Shown one piece after another: positions 25,901 through 36,575 of a stretch of DNA of 64,000 nt; position 1 is the first letter of the stretch, and each line of letters starts with the position of its first letter. The translations under genes and the position numbers were made by a program. This DNA is from Tubiluchus corallicola (Eukaryota > Animalia > Priapulida). The notes under the pieces were generated by a model. It worked only from the letters and a program-made list of their open reading frames with translations, did not search any database and was not told where the DNA came from. The stretch lies in NCBI GenBank assembly GCA_030141605.1, contig JAQGDQ010000168.1:1-64000 (forward strand), written 5' to 3'.

Positions 25901-28900
25901 TCGTGCAATCGTATATTTGTAGCTTTAATTCTAAATGGTCACAACTGAAAAATTGGGTTTGTGGCTGCAAAGTAAAAAATGCATTATTTTGTTTTACGTG
26001 TTTGCTTTTTGGAGGTGATGTGACGTGGACAAAAAACAGCTTCACACATCTAAGCAAACTAAGAGAAAAAACTGAAAAACATGAGAAGTCAAAGAACTAT
26101 GTTGATAATGTGGTTTCACTGTCATTTTTAGGAAACGTAAATATTAAAGAGAAATTCAGTGACGCATACAGACTTTCAATGAATGAGCGTAACACAAAGG
26201 TTAAAAAGAACCGCGAAATTTTATCCAAAATCATAAACTGTATTTTGTTTTGTGAAAATTCTGAAACTCCCTTATGTGGACATGATGGACAAGATGATCC
26301 AGTAAATCCGGGGTATTTAAAGGATTAATAAATTTTGCATTTAAATTAGATCCAGATTTGAAGCATCACTTAGAAACCAGTACAGTCTTCAAAGGTGTTT
26401 CTAAGACCATTTCTAAGAATGAGATACTTGACTGCCTACTACAAATATACCATGAGGAGATAAGGACAGAAATTAGAGAAGCTATCTTCGTAGCTGTCAT
26501 GACTGATGACACAACAGATGTTTTGGAATACACTCAAATGGTTATTGTTCTGCAGTACGTGTTAAATGGAGAAATATTTGAGCAGTTTTTGGGATTCTTT
26601 ATTCCAGAAAATCAAACAGTAGATGGCATATCATAGCGTATTTTAGAACAATTAGGCATATTTCTTCAAGGAAATGGGCAAAAATGGATAGCTTAGACAT
26701 TTGAAGGTACAAATGTCATGGAAGGCAATGAGAAATGCAGCGAGTATTATACGAAACGCAAGAATATTTTTCTCTAACATTTTGGCTATTCCAACATTCT
26801 TCTCAAGATGACCGCAACGGGTATCCATTCTCAAGAAGCATATAAACACCAGAATTCCACATCCGTCCTCTATAGTGTGGAACTTTAACATACGGACTGT
26901 AAACAGAGTTCATGAAAATTCACAACCTTTAAAAAGTTGCCGTGTTGAATTCGGTCAACATGTGCAGATCAAACCATTGCAGAAGCAACAAGAATTTTAA
27001 AATACCTGAATGATGATAATTTCATGTTTTGGTTAGAGCTTTTTCATCAGATTATGCCTCGTGTTGAAGTAATTTACAACCAAATGCAATCTTGAGAAAT
27101 TAGAGTGTTTCAAGTAAATGAATATATAACAGATTTCTAAAGTGCTATTTTAGAAATAAGAAACTCGAAGTACTATGAGAATCCTTCAAAGGTATTCATG
27201 GCAGAAGCTAAGGAAGCGTGTGACTGCATGTGTTGATATAATGGACAGATATTCTTGCACTAAACACTTGGTGGCTGATAAACTGTTCAACAAAAAAAGC
27301 TTCACTAGTTTTAAGAATGAACAGCCTACAACAGAGATAGTACTGATCACTGAAGCATATCCCATGATCGACAAAGAGAAGCATGAAACTGAAATAAAAG
27401 TATTCTATTGCAGATCCAATATGCATGAATATTCAAGTTAATTGAGCTGCTGAAATGTATGATCTTGGAAAATAATCTAGATGATGTTCTTAGCGAAATT
27501 ACGAAACTGATAAAAATCCTTATGATGAATCCCATGACTGCAACAGAGCCAGAATGCTGTTTCTTAACACTGAAAAGAATAAAAACTTTTCTAAGGAGCA
27601 CTATGAATCCTGAAAGATTAAATGCACTTGCAATCTTCTTTACAATGACATCAGGACGTAGAGTTCAACTTCGACCGTAGAGTACGGTCCCTTCTCATAT
27701 TTATTTTAAATTTATCGATATATGGTGCATTGACAGAGTCAGCTGAGAGTGAGTTCCATGGATGGGCCACACGACAGGCAAAAAAATGAGAACGGATATT
27801 GGTTCGGCTGTATTCGATGAAGAGTTTGGAATCATGGCCTCGCAGTTCTCTGCATGGTCTTGAGAAGAAATCTTGTTCTTATAAAACTGAGAGTCTTTTC
27901 ATAATTTTATAGAAATTGACAAGATCAGCAGTACATTGGTGTTATTCCAAAGTGGACGTCACGGCAGGGTCTGCATCATGGAGTAGTCTCATACATCTGC
28001 CTTGAGTTTTCGCCAAAGCATCTTTTAGAGTTACATACTGCGGTGACCACTACTGATGCAAATTCTAAAAAAGGACGAACGGCTGCTTTGTATAGAGGGA
28101 CTATAACATTAGCAGATCTTGAAACGACACAACGTTTAATCATACCAATTCAACGATTTGCCTGAGCTATTATATGATTAACATGGGTATTCCACTTTAG
28201 GTCATTAGATCCATAGATCCCTAAATCACGTACAACAGATTTCTCTTCTATGACTCCATCACTGATATAATATGGTGTGTGAGATTTATTCCGCACACGT
28301 AATAAGCAACATTAGTTTCTCTTAAGTTGCATCAACCAGTCATTGCACCATTTTTCAATTTTATTAAGATCATTTTGTAAAATAAATTGGTCCAAATCAC
28401 CCCAGATTGGGCGATAGGGCTTAAGATCATCTACAAATAAAGGGATGCTTGTACCAGGAGACGCGCAATTAGTAAGTCATTTATAAAAATAAGAAAGCAG
28501 TAAGGACCACTACGAGTACCTTGGGGGATTCCACTAGCTACTGGTTGTCAGTTTGTAGTTATACCATTCATAACAATTCGTTGTTTACGATGAGTTACGA
28601 AAAAATCAGACCATTTTAATAAATTACCATGGATTCCTGAGAACTCCATCTTGAGCAGTAGCCGCCTTAGAGGCACAGAGTCAAAAGCTTTTCTAAAGTC
28701 TAAGTATAAAATATAAATACCAGGTAAGGATGGATCATCAAAAAATTTAGTCCTTTCATTTAAGCAAGAGAGTAAATTAGTTACAACAGAGCAATTTGGT
28801 AAAGAGCCATGCTGATTTTTGCAAATACGCTCAGAGCTGACAAGAAAAAGAAGTGCCTCATCCCATATAATGGACTCAAGGCATTTGGCAACAACTGATG

Positions 28901-30604
28901 TTAAAGAAATAGGCCTTAAATCATCGCATGAAGGAATTGCAGAAGGTTTCTTCGGAATAGGAGTAACATTTGAGTCAAACCAGTTCAAAGGAACTTCGCA
29001 AGAATCAAGACTTTTCTTAAAAATTAAAAACAGTGGTAAAGCAAGTTGGAGGGCACATGTTTTGAGAATAAAACCACGAACATTGTATGGGCCTGTGGCT
29101 TTAAAAGGCTTTAACTTAATGAGTTTGAGACATACCTCATTTATATTAAAGACAACATTAGTTATACTATTGCAATTCCAACCATCAGAATGGGATGGGT
29201 AATTCAATGTTCTCAGGCTCTTGGGTAAAAAAACAGGCAAAAGTGTCATTTATGGTAGAAGCAATAGTGGCAGGATCAGTGACAGTCTCGTTGTTGATTT
29301 ACGATACTGTTTATATGGTTCACGGGTTTTAGAAAACGTTTGCTGTAACGAAAAAATTCCTTGCCATCCTTACTAATTTTACTGGCTAGTTTTTCTTCAT
29401 ACCTTTTCCTGGCATCAAGAATAGATTGTCTCAAATGTTGAGAAGCTCGTGTATATTCAGCTTTCACACTATTTAAAGAAGTCACACGCCACAAATTCCA
29501 GAGGCGACTTTTAATAGCTTTAACTTTAATAACAATAGAATTCCTTTCCCAAGGGGCACAAGCATATTTACGGTCGTTTTAAGAGGTTCCCTTTAGAGGT
29601 ACGAAAGTATTTGCGGCCTAGTTATATTTATCGTAGAAGAAGTTCCAACAGCTATTACCATCATAATCAATTAACTCATTGTACTAATTAATACTAGCAA
29701 AATAATCTCTAATTTAGGGAAGAGAGGTTTTATTATAATCTCTCCAAGGGCGATTTACCTGAGATGAATAGTTGCATTCGACACAGAAGAAAATACTAGT
29801 GTCATGATCACTAGAAGAAAAACCAGGCTTGGCGTACAATAACTTTAGACGATCTGGACAGTTTGCAGAGCTTTCAATTGAAAAAATTTGCTGGGGAACC
29901 GCCACTGATTAGGATTACGGCTATGGTTAGGGCATTTAAATTGTGCGGGATATTGTAAACTCCTTCGCAAAATTAATATTGAAGTAGATTGGATTCCTTA
30001 TTTAGCGTGTAAACAATTCAAGTAAACAATGTAGCGCCATTAACTAATTTGAAATTAGACCGTACATGACAAAAATGAGGCACAAAATTAAAAAAGACTC
30101 GCGAATGATCTTACTGTGTCCTTCTTGAAGAACCACCCTTCTAAAAAACAAAATAACTGGTCAAATAAATTAACTACTAGTAACTAGCACCAGTACAGTA
30201 GTAGTCATTTAATATAATAATAGGCATAATAAGCAAACTCAAAACACACAAGTTCATCAGTTACTTTAAAAGTTGATGTAGTAAAATTATTACAAGTTTC
30301 AAACTTTTACATGTAAACAGGCCAGCGCACGGTAATGGTTCAGCACTTGGTACATTCAGTACAGCAGCTAAATGGCCAAAAACAAGTGAACAATCCCAAA
30401 GTTTCCCAAACATTTAACATTCCATGACATACTTACCATTTCTCTGCTTTTGAACTGTTCATACGGCAAAGGTATTTGCTCTCTATGATACAGGAAGTGC
30501 TTGATTATTTCATTAACCAAAAATGATTCAACGTCTGGTTGTAAAATGCCGTTAAAGCTTATTTTGCAGAGCTTATTTTCAAACACATTGGCAGAAGTTG
30601 CCAT
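22968..30604 (-). CDS. MAD2L1BP: p31comet / MAD2L1-binding protein (HORMA domain), 2 exons, ~336 aa
   Basis: Exon 1 30604-30437 (EIIKHFLYHREQIPLPYEQF, donor gtaagt, phase 0); exon 2 23810-22968 (acceptor ttgcag; RVALLLGATAASPKESY, DWFVPKLRY, LLWYQAPINAKGFR). These match the p31comet motifs LKHIMYQRQQLPLPYEQL, LILLGGNALSPKEFY and IWFQAPVTFKGF. Confidence 0.9.
24588..25688 (-). CDS. D-cysteine desulfhydrase / ACC deaminase family PLP enzyme, paralog 2, intronless and nested in the MAD2L1BP intron
   Basis: IKRDDLTG..GNKTRKLEF, GGIQSNHCR, IPVGGS, GSGGS, GLGYA, LDPVYNGK, LFIHTGG; uninterrupted ORF; first ATG at 25688; frame open back to an AG acceptor at 25728-29. Confidence 0.93.
   Translation of the reverse strand: MMSSLCRHYSLKLYNCPLWAAPLTKIPNSRVCLAQKNTPIHPWLLPSVSGTYSVSIKRDDLTGCVLTGNKTRKLEFLLADAVKKDCKHVITTGGIQSNHCRATAVAARQLGLKPHLFLLSEDTPDTVSCHGNTLLNIMCGSNIFLVNRSEKDNRDALMKNYADHLSNETGESCYLIPVGGSNIVGLFGFIDFFEELLNQGVHKNFDDIVLAVGSGGSTAGIAIANFLTGSKLKIHAVSVCNDEVYFLKHISNTLNSVGLSDVEAKDIVDIIDGYKGLGYAKSTSRELEFIMQVCIATGIFLDPVYNGKAALGLVHELTHNPSRFKGNRILFIHTGGIFGIMDGRMESHLRQTGRTGNQVRLANEVL
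25885..27680 (+). mobile_element. Decayed hAT DNA transposase (ZMYM1/DUF4371-like, with hAT dimerisation motif)
   Basis: LFCFTCLLF..W..HEKSK (TTF-like), PLCGHD, AVMTDDTTDV, PMTATEPECCFLTLKRIKTFLRSTMNPERLNALA; many stops and frameshifts; no TIRs identified. Confidence 0.85.
27700..29880 (-). mobile_element. Decayed CR1-like LINE (endonuclease tail, RT, C-terminus)
   Basis: SSDHD, LRPISLTSVVAKCLE, QHG, YLDFRKAFDSVP, SGIPQG, LFVDD, VRDLGI; fragmented frames; 3' end near 27700. Confidence 0.88.
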
Positions 30605-30940
30605 TTTAAAGTTCCCGGGGTTTAGAAACAGTACCATATTCAAGACCACTTTTTCAGCAGCAAAATTTTTAGAAACGTAATATTACGAAGTTTGTGTATC
30701 TAGACAAACAATTGCGCAGTACTACCTGAAATTACAAAATATTTAAATTGCTTAAAATTGTTTTTGTTAAAACACTAACAGTTCACAAATAATTTATTTT
30801 GCTTTTTTCTCTCGCTGTCGTATTAAATTAGCGGCTTTGTTCAGTATTACCCCCGCCAAGACTCCATTCAAATCACAGTGTGGTTGCATAAAGGAGCCGG
30901 CTTCTCGTTATTCGTAGTAAATTTTGCTGTTCCAGGGCGT
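30605..30940. promoter_or_regulatory. Probable bidirectional promoter (MAD2L1BP / DNPH1) with a DNPH1 non-coding first exon ending at 30940
   Basis: Head-to-head genes; locally CpG-richer sequence at 30810-30950; donor gtaagt at 30941 and acceptor tgtag at 31783 just before the DNPH1 ATG. Confidence 0.5.
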
Positions 30941-31799
30941 GTAAGTTTCGTTAAATATCTCCTTAAACATGCATATTTATTGTACATAGTAAGTGTTATT
31001 GTTCGGTTGCAACTGTGTGCGTATTTTTAATTTGTTATTACGTACAATCCTTGCTGATGGCCTTTGCGGCCGTGCTACTGAAACAACGTGCATGCTGTAC
31101 ATGGAATACACTATATAGAATAAAGAACTGTGAATTAGTTCAGTGCAAAGTTAAATATTTTATGTTAGGTAGTGTTTAATTTTTGGTAGTTATAAGTCTT
31201 GTTGAGGATTGAAAAATTAATTTCTGGTGACATTATGATTAATTTAGATCTAATTTTTTAAAGTATGAATTCACTGAATTTTCAAGAGAAAGTGCTATAC
31301 ATCACACAAGGGACTTATACTTTAGTGTTGATAGGGACGCTACAAAATCATGCTTTTATTTTAAAATAGTGCTTTTAATTTGATTTTTTTACTTCTAATA
31401 GTAATAGTAGGGTGAGACTTTTTTATGCAAGTTACTAAGCATTTTATTTCTGGTGCCAATAATTACTAAATCATGCATTTCCTAATACTGGTTTGCTTAT
31501 AAAAAATTGTCAGGAGTTTTGTGATTAATTATTAAATTTATCTGCATTATTAAATTTTGTCTATTTATTGCTGTAAAGCAAAAATATTGTTATTTTCTTG
31601 TAATTTCAGTCCTTGATTTATTTTTTGCTAAATTGCTATTGTTTAAACTATAAATTAATATTTTATAAGTAAATCCACTAAAATGTACAAATACCTGGTA
31701 ATAACAAATGCATTACTGCTATACGTAGTGCATGTTTGCCTCTTTATTATGAGTCCAAAAATTTGATAATTTTTTTATTGTAGGTGCAGATCTGTTGTA

Positions 31800-33965
31800 A
31801 TGGATAAAATGGACGTGTATTTTTGTGGGAGCATTCGTGGAGGACGACAGGATCAAGAGTTATATGGTCGGATAATGAAAATGATAGAAAAATATGGCAC
31901 AGTGCTAAATGCTTCAGAACATACATCAGGGGGTGGTGACAGTAAGGGTACTAACAGTTACATAGGATATAAAGTATTACAATATTTACACATGTTAAAT
32001 GTATTACAGTTTTGTGCTGAAAGAGCCAATTTAATATTTAGTATTTTAGTTCTGTTGTTGTGAAAACTTACTGGCTGACTGTACAAGCCCTCTGAACTGG
32101 AGAGTGTAGACAAATTTTGCTGTCTGGTCATTCTAATAGATATCCTTTTTTCAGGTAAAGATATAGATGACAGAGAAATACATGATCGAAATATGGCGTG
32201 GTTAGAACAAGCTGAAGGTGTGATATTTTTGGTTTTTTATTTTGTTAGTGCAATCATTTTTTATCCATAAAAACACTGTAGTCTAAAAAACTGAGTAATA
32301 AGTTATTAAATGGCTGTATTTTTGGTTGCAGTTGTAATAGCTGAAGTCACACAACCATCACTGGGCGTAGGCTATGAAATTGCACAAGCTGTTGGCTTTG
32401 ACAAGCGAGTATTGTGCCTCTTCAGGGAATCTTCCGGGAAAAGTAAGTCTTTTGGTATTTACTTTTGTGCAAAAAATATGTCTGCACTTGCACTTGATAA
32501 GTTTCCTATTTACTGTGTACATTTGATTGGTGTAGGTTTTTTCCCCAAGCCTGTTTTTTATTGTTAGTGTAGTGTGAAATTTTGGATGATAGTGGCGTTT
32601 CGCTAAGGGGACATAAGTGTCAGACAAGAATGAAAATGATTTAACCAGATTGTAAATCATTCTTCGCCATCTCCTGCATACTGCAACTATCTAAATGATA
32701 GGTTGATAGTGTCTGTTTTACATGACTTTGAAGACAATTGTGTGTTAGAATTAGTAACTCAAAAGATATGATTAGTCTTTTTATAGACGTATTGGTTTTT
32801 TTATTGTTTTGGTGTACATGTGATCTTTGAGATATATGATGCAGTTTTGATATACATACACACTACATAGTGGTAAGCTATGTCTTTCAGTGTAACATAC
32901 GAAAAAACACTGATGCTGAAATGTAATTTTGGTGATTAGGTGTTTGTGTCTTGATTGTCAATCAAACTATGAGTATTAGATACAGATGCATTTTGCTAGT
33001 ATTACTAAGTATTCAATAGAGGGCAGCACCTTTGATTTGCTGCTCTGTTATACAAAACTGTAAACCTTCAGAAGATGGAAAGCATTCATATTTTGAATGC
33101 ACTGATTTACGAAAGCGAACGCTTAGTGTTGATATGATGTTGAGACGTTTTGTGACATTTCTGACCATATCCGCTCATTTATGCCCTGTAATCTCTGCTG
33201 TTACTTTGTACTCAGTTAAATGTCCTTTAAAAGTGCAAATAATGGTGCTGCAGTCTATGTAATGAGATAGTTGCAAGTCCTTTGTCTGTAGTGTATAGCT
33301 GAGTGATGTATTTTTTATTTAGATTTATCTGCAATGATCCGGGGTATAGATAATGAGGACACAATATTTGTTAAAGACTATAAGGAAGCTGACTTACCTG
33401 CCATTCTTCAGGAGTTCTTTACTAATGTACAAGCTGAGGTAGAGTTTTCTTACTGCATGCGTTCTGGTACCGAGTTTATGATTTTTTTATGTAATTGTGT
33501 TTTCATCTGTTGTACGCTAAATGCTGATTTATTTTTATTGGAAAAATCTTAAAAAGTTTGTTAAATCTGAGGCCTGATACTCCTTATGCTAGGTCAGTTA
33601 ATCTCTTAAGTTACTTGAAAAAAAAATAACATGCAGATTTTCAAGAGTATAAATTTGTTGCCTATTGGATTGTGTAATTAAGACTTAGTAATAATACAAT
33701 CATTGTTTATCATCTGTATAGCTTATATGTGTGTAGCTTTTATAAACAGGTCGTGCTACAATGGTTTTCTGTATAACATTGTGTATGGAATGATAGAATC
33801 TCAAAATTTCTTACAAATATTAGGTTTAAACATTGTTAACTAGTTCGAATCTAATCATTTCAGGGTGAAGAGCCGGAAGATGACGAAGAAGACATAGAAG
33901 GAGAAGAGGAAATTGATGAAGAAGAGGAAGGAGCAGGAGACGAGGAAGAGGAGGCGGGAGAATAG
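31800..33965 (+). CDS. DNPH1: 2'-deoxynucleoside 5'-phosphate N-hydrolase 1 (RCL) with acidic C-terminal tail, 5 coding exons, ~179 aa
   Basis: Exons 31800-31947, 32155-32217, 32332-32442, 33323-33438, 33864-33965 (540 nt, phases consistent); YFCGSIRGGR, AEVTQPSLGVGYE, LCLFR, LSAMIRG. Confidence 0.93.
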
Positions 33966-36575
33966 AACATTTGCTTGTATTTGTGTCACATTGCCAAGTA
34001 TTTTCATGTGTGTTTTATGCGGCATTACTCCATGGTCACACCATTGTCTGTTTTTCACTCCTACATCAAAAACTGCTTTATTCATGTGTTCAGATGTAGT
34101 GTATGAAATGTTCAGTTAGTAGTATAGTTTCGGACATTCATTTCATGTTTACGTACATTTGAGGTGCGTGGCGTGTTTGGTGCACGAGTGAGTGCTGTCT
34201 TAGCTGTGTGTGTTGTTCTTTCCGGAGCAGTTTTTGTATTGTAAGCCTTAGTCTGCCCTGACATTTGCAATTTCCTGTACTGTTTCTTTTTCCTACACTT
34301 AATTTGTTTAGCCTGATGACAGTTCCAAGTACTATTTGTAAATACATTATATCTGTTGTTTTTCGTAGTTTTTGTAAATGACGCTTTGTCATCAACTCTT
34401 CTGAACTGATGAAATTATGTTTAGTTTGAGTCTGCTGAAATGCTCGTGTCCTACTACATGGCCTGGGAGTTTTGCTAGACTTAAAAGTTAGGCTTGTTTG
34501 CTAACATGCAATATTTAACCAAAACTTATCAGCACTGCCTCGCGTATTCAAATTCTGTTAGCCTTAGGTTTAGTACTAGATTGTTCACATAGCTAAAACT
34601 TGTATGTTTATGTAAATGATATTTTTGCATTATGAAGTACATGTATATCTGATTGAGAACTGTTTCAATTACGTGCCATCTTTACGAAGTCTTAAATTCG
34701 TCCTGTGCTGTATAATTCGACAATTCTTTTTGCACAATACGTGAAAGGTTTTTCATTTTTGTGTCACAGAGAGGTCAGCACTGTTCTGTTACTGTGACTA
34801 TAACTGTTTGTGAAATCAGTCTAGCTTCTATAGAGATGCTGTTAGTTTACTATGGGCCATGGTACTACAGATTGTTATTGTTTTTTGAAAACATTTTGCT
34901 TTGCAACCTTAATCGTTAGTGAAGGGGTATACCACCAGTTTTTAAATGTTCCAGCGATGTAGTTATTTTGCATTGCGATTAACGTCTACAAACTGTAGCA
35001 CTCGTGAAGGTGATTTAGTTCTTTTGGCGGTATTCAAGAACGACCAGCGTTTTTAGTTTTTTATTGCTAAAAAAGGATCACAGCTTATGTTGTTATAATA
35101 CTGTAAGTAAAACCTAGGCTATAGAGGAAACAGCAATTTTGCAGTAACAATTTTAGGAAATTTCTCCATTTGGTAGGTTAAAATTTATTACTAGATTGTT
35201 ACAATACTACACTTGTTTAAGTATTTCTTTCCTTAATTGACTGTTGTATTTTATCACGAGTTTCTTGAATTTCATCCACGATTAAAGTTCACGGTATTTT
35301 GGACTGTTAAATAGTATTTTGACCTTGTGCCACATTTTTAGGCCATAAATATGTCATACATAATTCAATCTAAAATTTGCAAAGTTTGAAAATCAAAAAT
35401 GACCAATTGGGTTTTTGTGCTAAATTAAACAAGCTGCAGTTCCAAAATTAAGCTTTGTAGCATTTTATGAATAGAATTTCTTAACTAAATTTTAATAAAG
35501 TATGGAATAGTTGTGTGTGCGGTGTTCGGAGTCGTCGGAGGCAAAACTGCGAGTTTTATGATTTTTGTGTAAATCTTGTGACAGTACTCCACCAGACCGC
35601 CTTTAAAAGGCAATGAACAATGAATTGTAAAATTTAAAATGCATTAATACTGAATAGATGTTTGTAATGTTTGTGGCGATCACAAATATCTATGAGAATA
35701 AAATGTCCTTTGTAATAAAAGTAACAAAATGTGTTTTTGCCGTTTTTGTGTCTGAGAGAAAGCTACTTTCAGTCAGGTTTGTTCAAAAATTTAATAATTT
35801 CACAAAGTTGAACTTATATCAGTTTCCAATACTATGCACTAGATTATTAAAAAATTAATCCAATTAGTGAGTGAGTGGTTCGTGAGCTATTAGGATTAAC
35901 TATAATCTTCATGAATGTAAGTGGCTGACTGGCTGTGTGATACACTAATGATTTTGGCTTGGGACTAAAAATTCCAAGTCAGTTCATCCAGGCTTTTTCA
36001 CATTATCTTCTGTTTTGGTGCAGTTTGATTTCAAAATGATAACTGTGTGTTTATACCATCAATAATCGTTTCTGGTAATTGTTTGCGGATGCATGTAGCA
36101 GGCTGATCAATTTCAATTTTGTTTATTGAACAGATACGTTACAAGTACACTGGCAAACAAAGAAAGGAACTAAAACTAAAGTATTTACTAAAATGATATC
36201 TGCATACTGATCTCAAAAATAAAAGTAATTCAAGTGTATTGTGATTACTTGAAATTTCTAGCATTAGCCTAATACATCTGTAAGTAGCGCTCACTGCCGC
36301 TGAGTGAAATGTACCTGCGTTTGTTCAGAACATCAACACGGCTGAGCACGCGTGGTTCAACACAAAGCATCTCGTACCTTTCGTTCAAATTGAGCTTGTG
36401 AGACTGAGCCGCTGCGAGAAACTAGTTTTCACCGCCGTACAGGTAAAAACGATTGTTGCGCCGCCATGACGGATTTGTGTCAGTTATCTGCATGTGAGAT
36501 TTAAAATACAGTTTTTAAGCACCTTAATAAACAAGAAGCTGCAGGCAGGACGGCACACCTAACAGGTTTTTCAAG

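Noticed and set aside
32140-32154. atatcctt resembling a U12 AT-AC donor
   Set aside because: It lies in the polypyrimidine tract of a normal acceptor; the DNPH1 model is complete with GT-AG introns
33913-34119. Basic ORF MMKKRKEQ...
   Set aside because: Alternate frame of the acidic DNPH1 last exon running into the UTR
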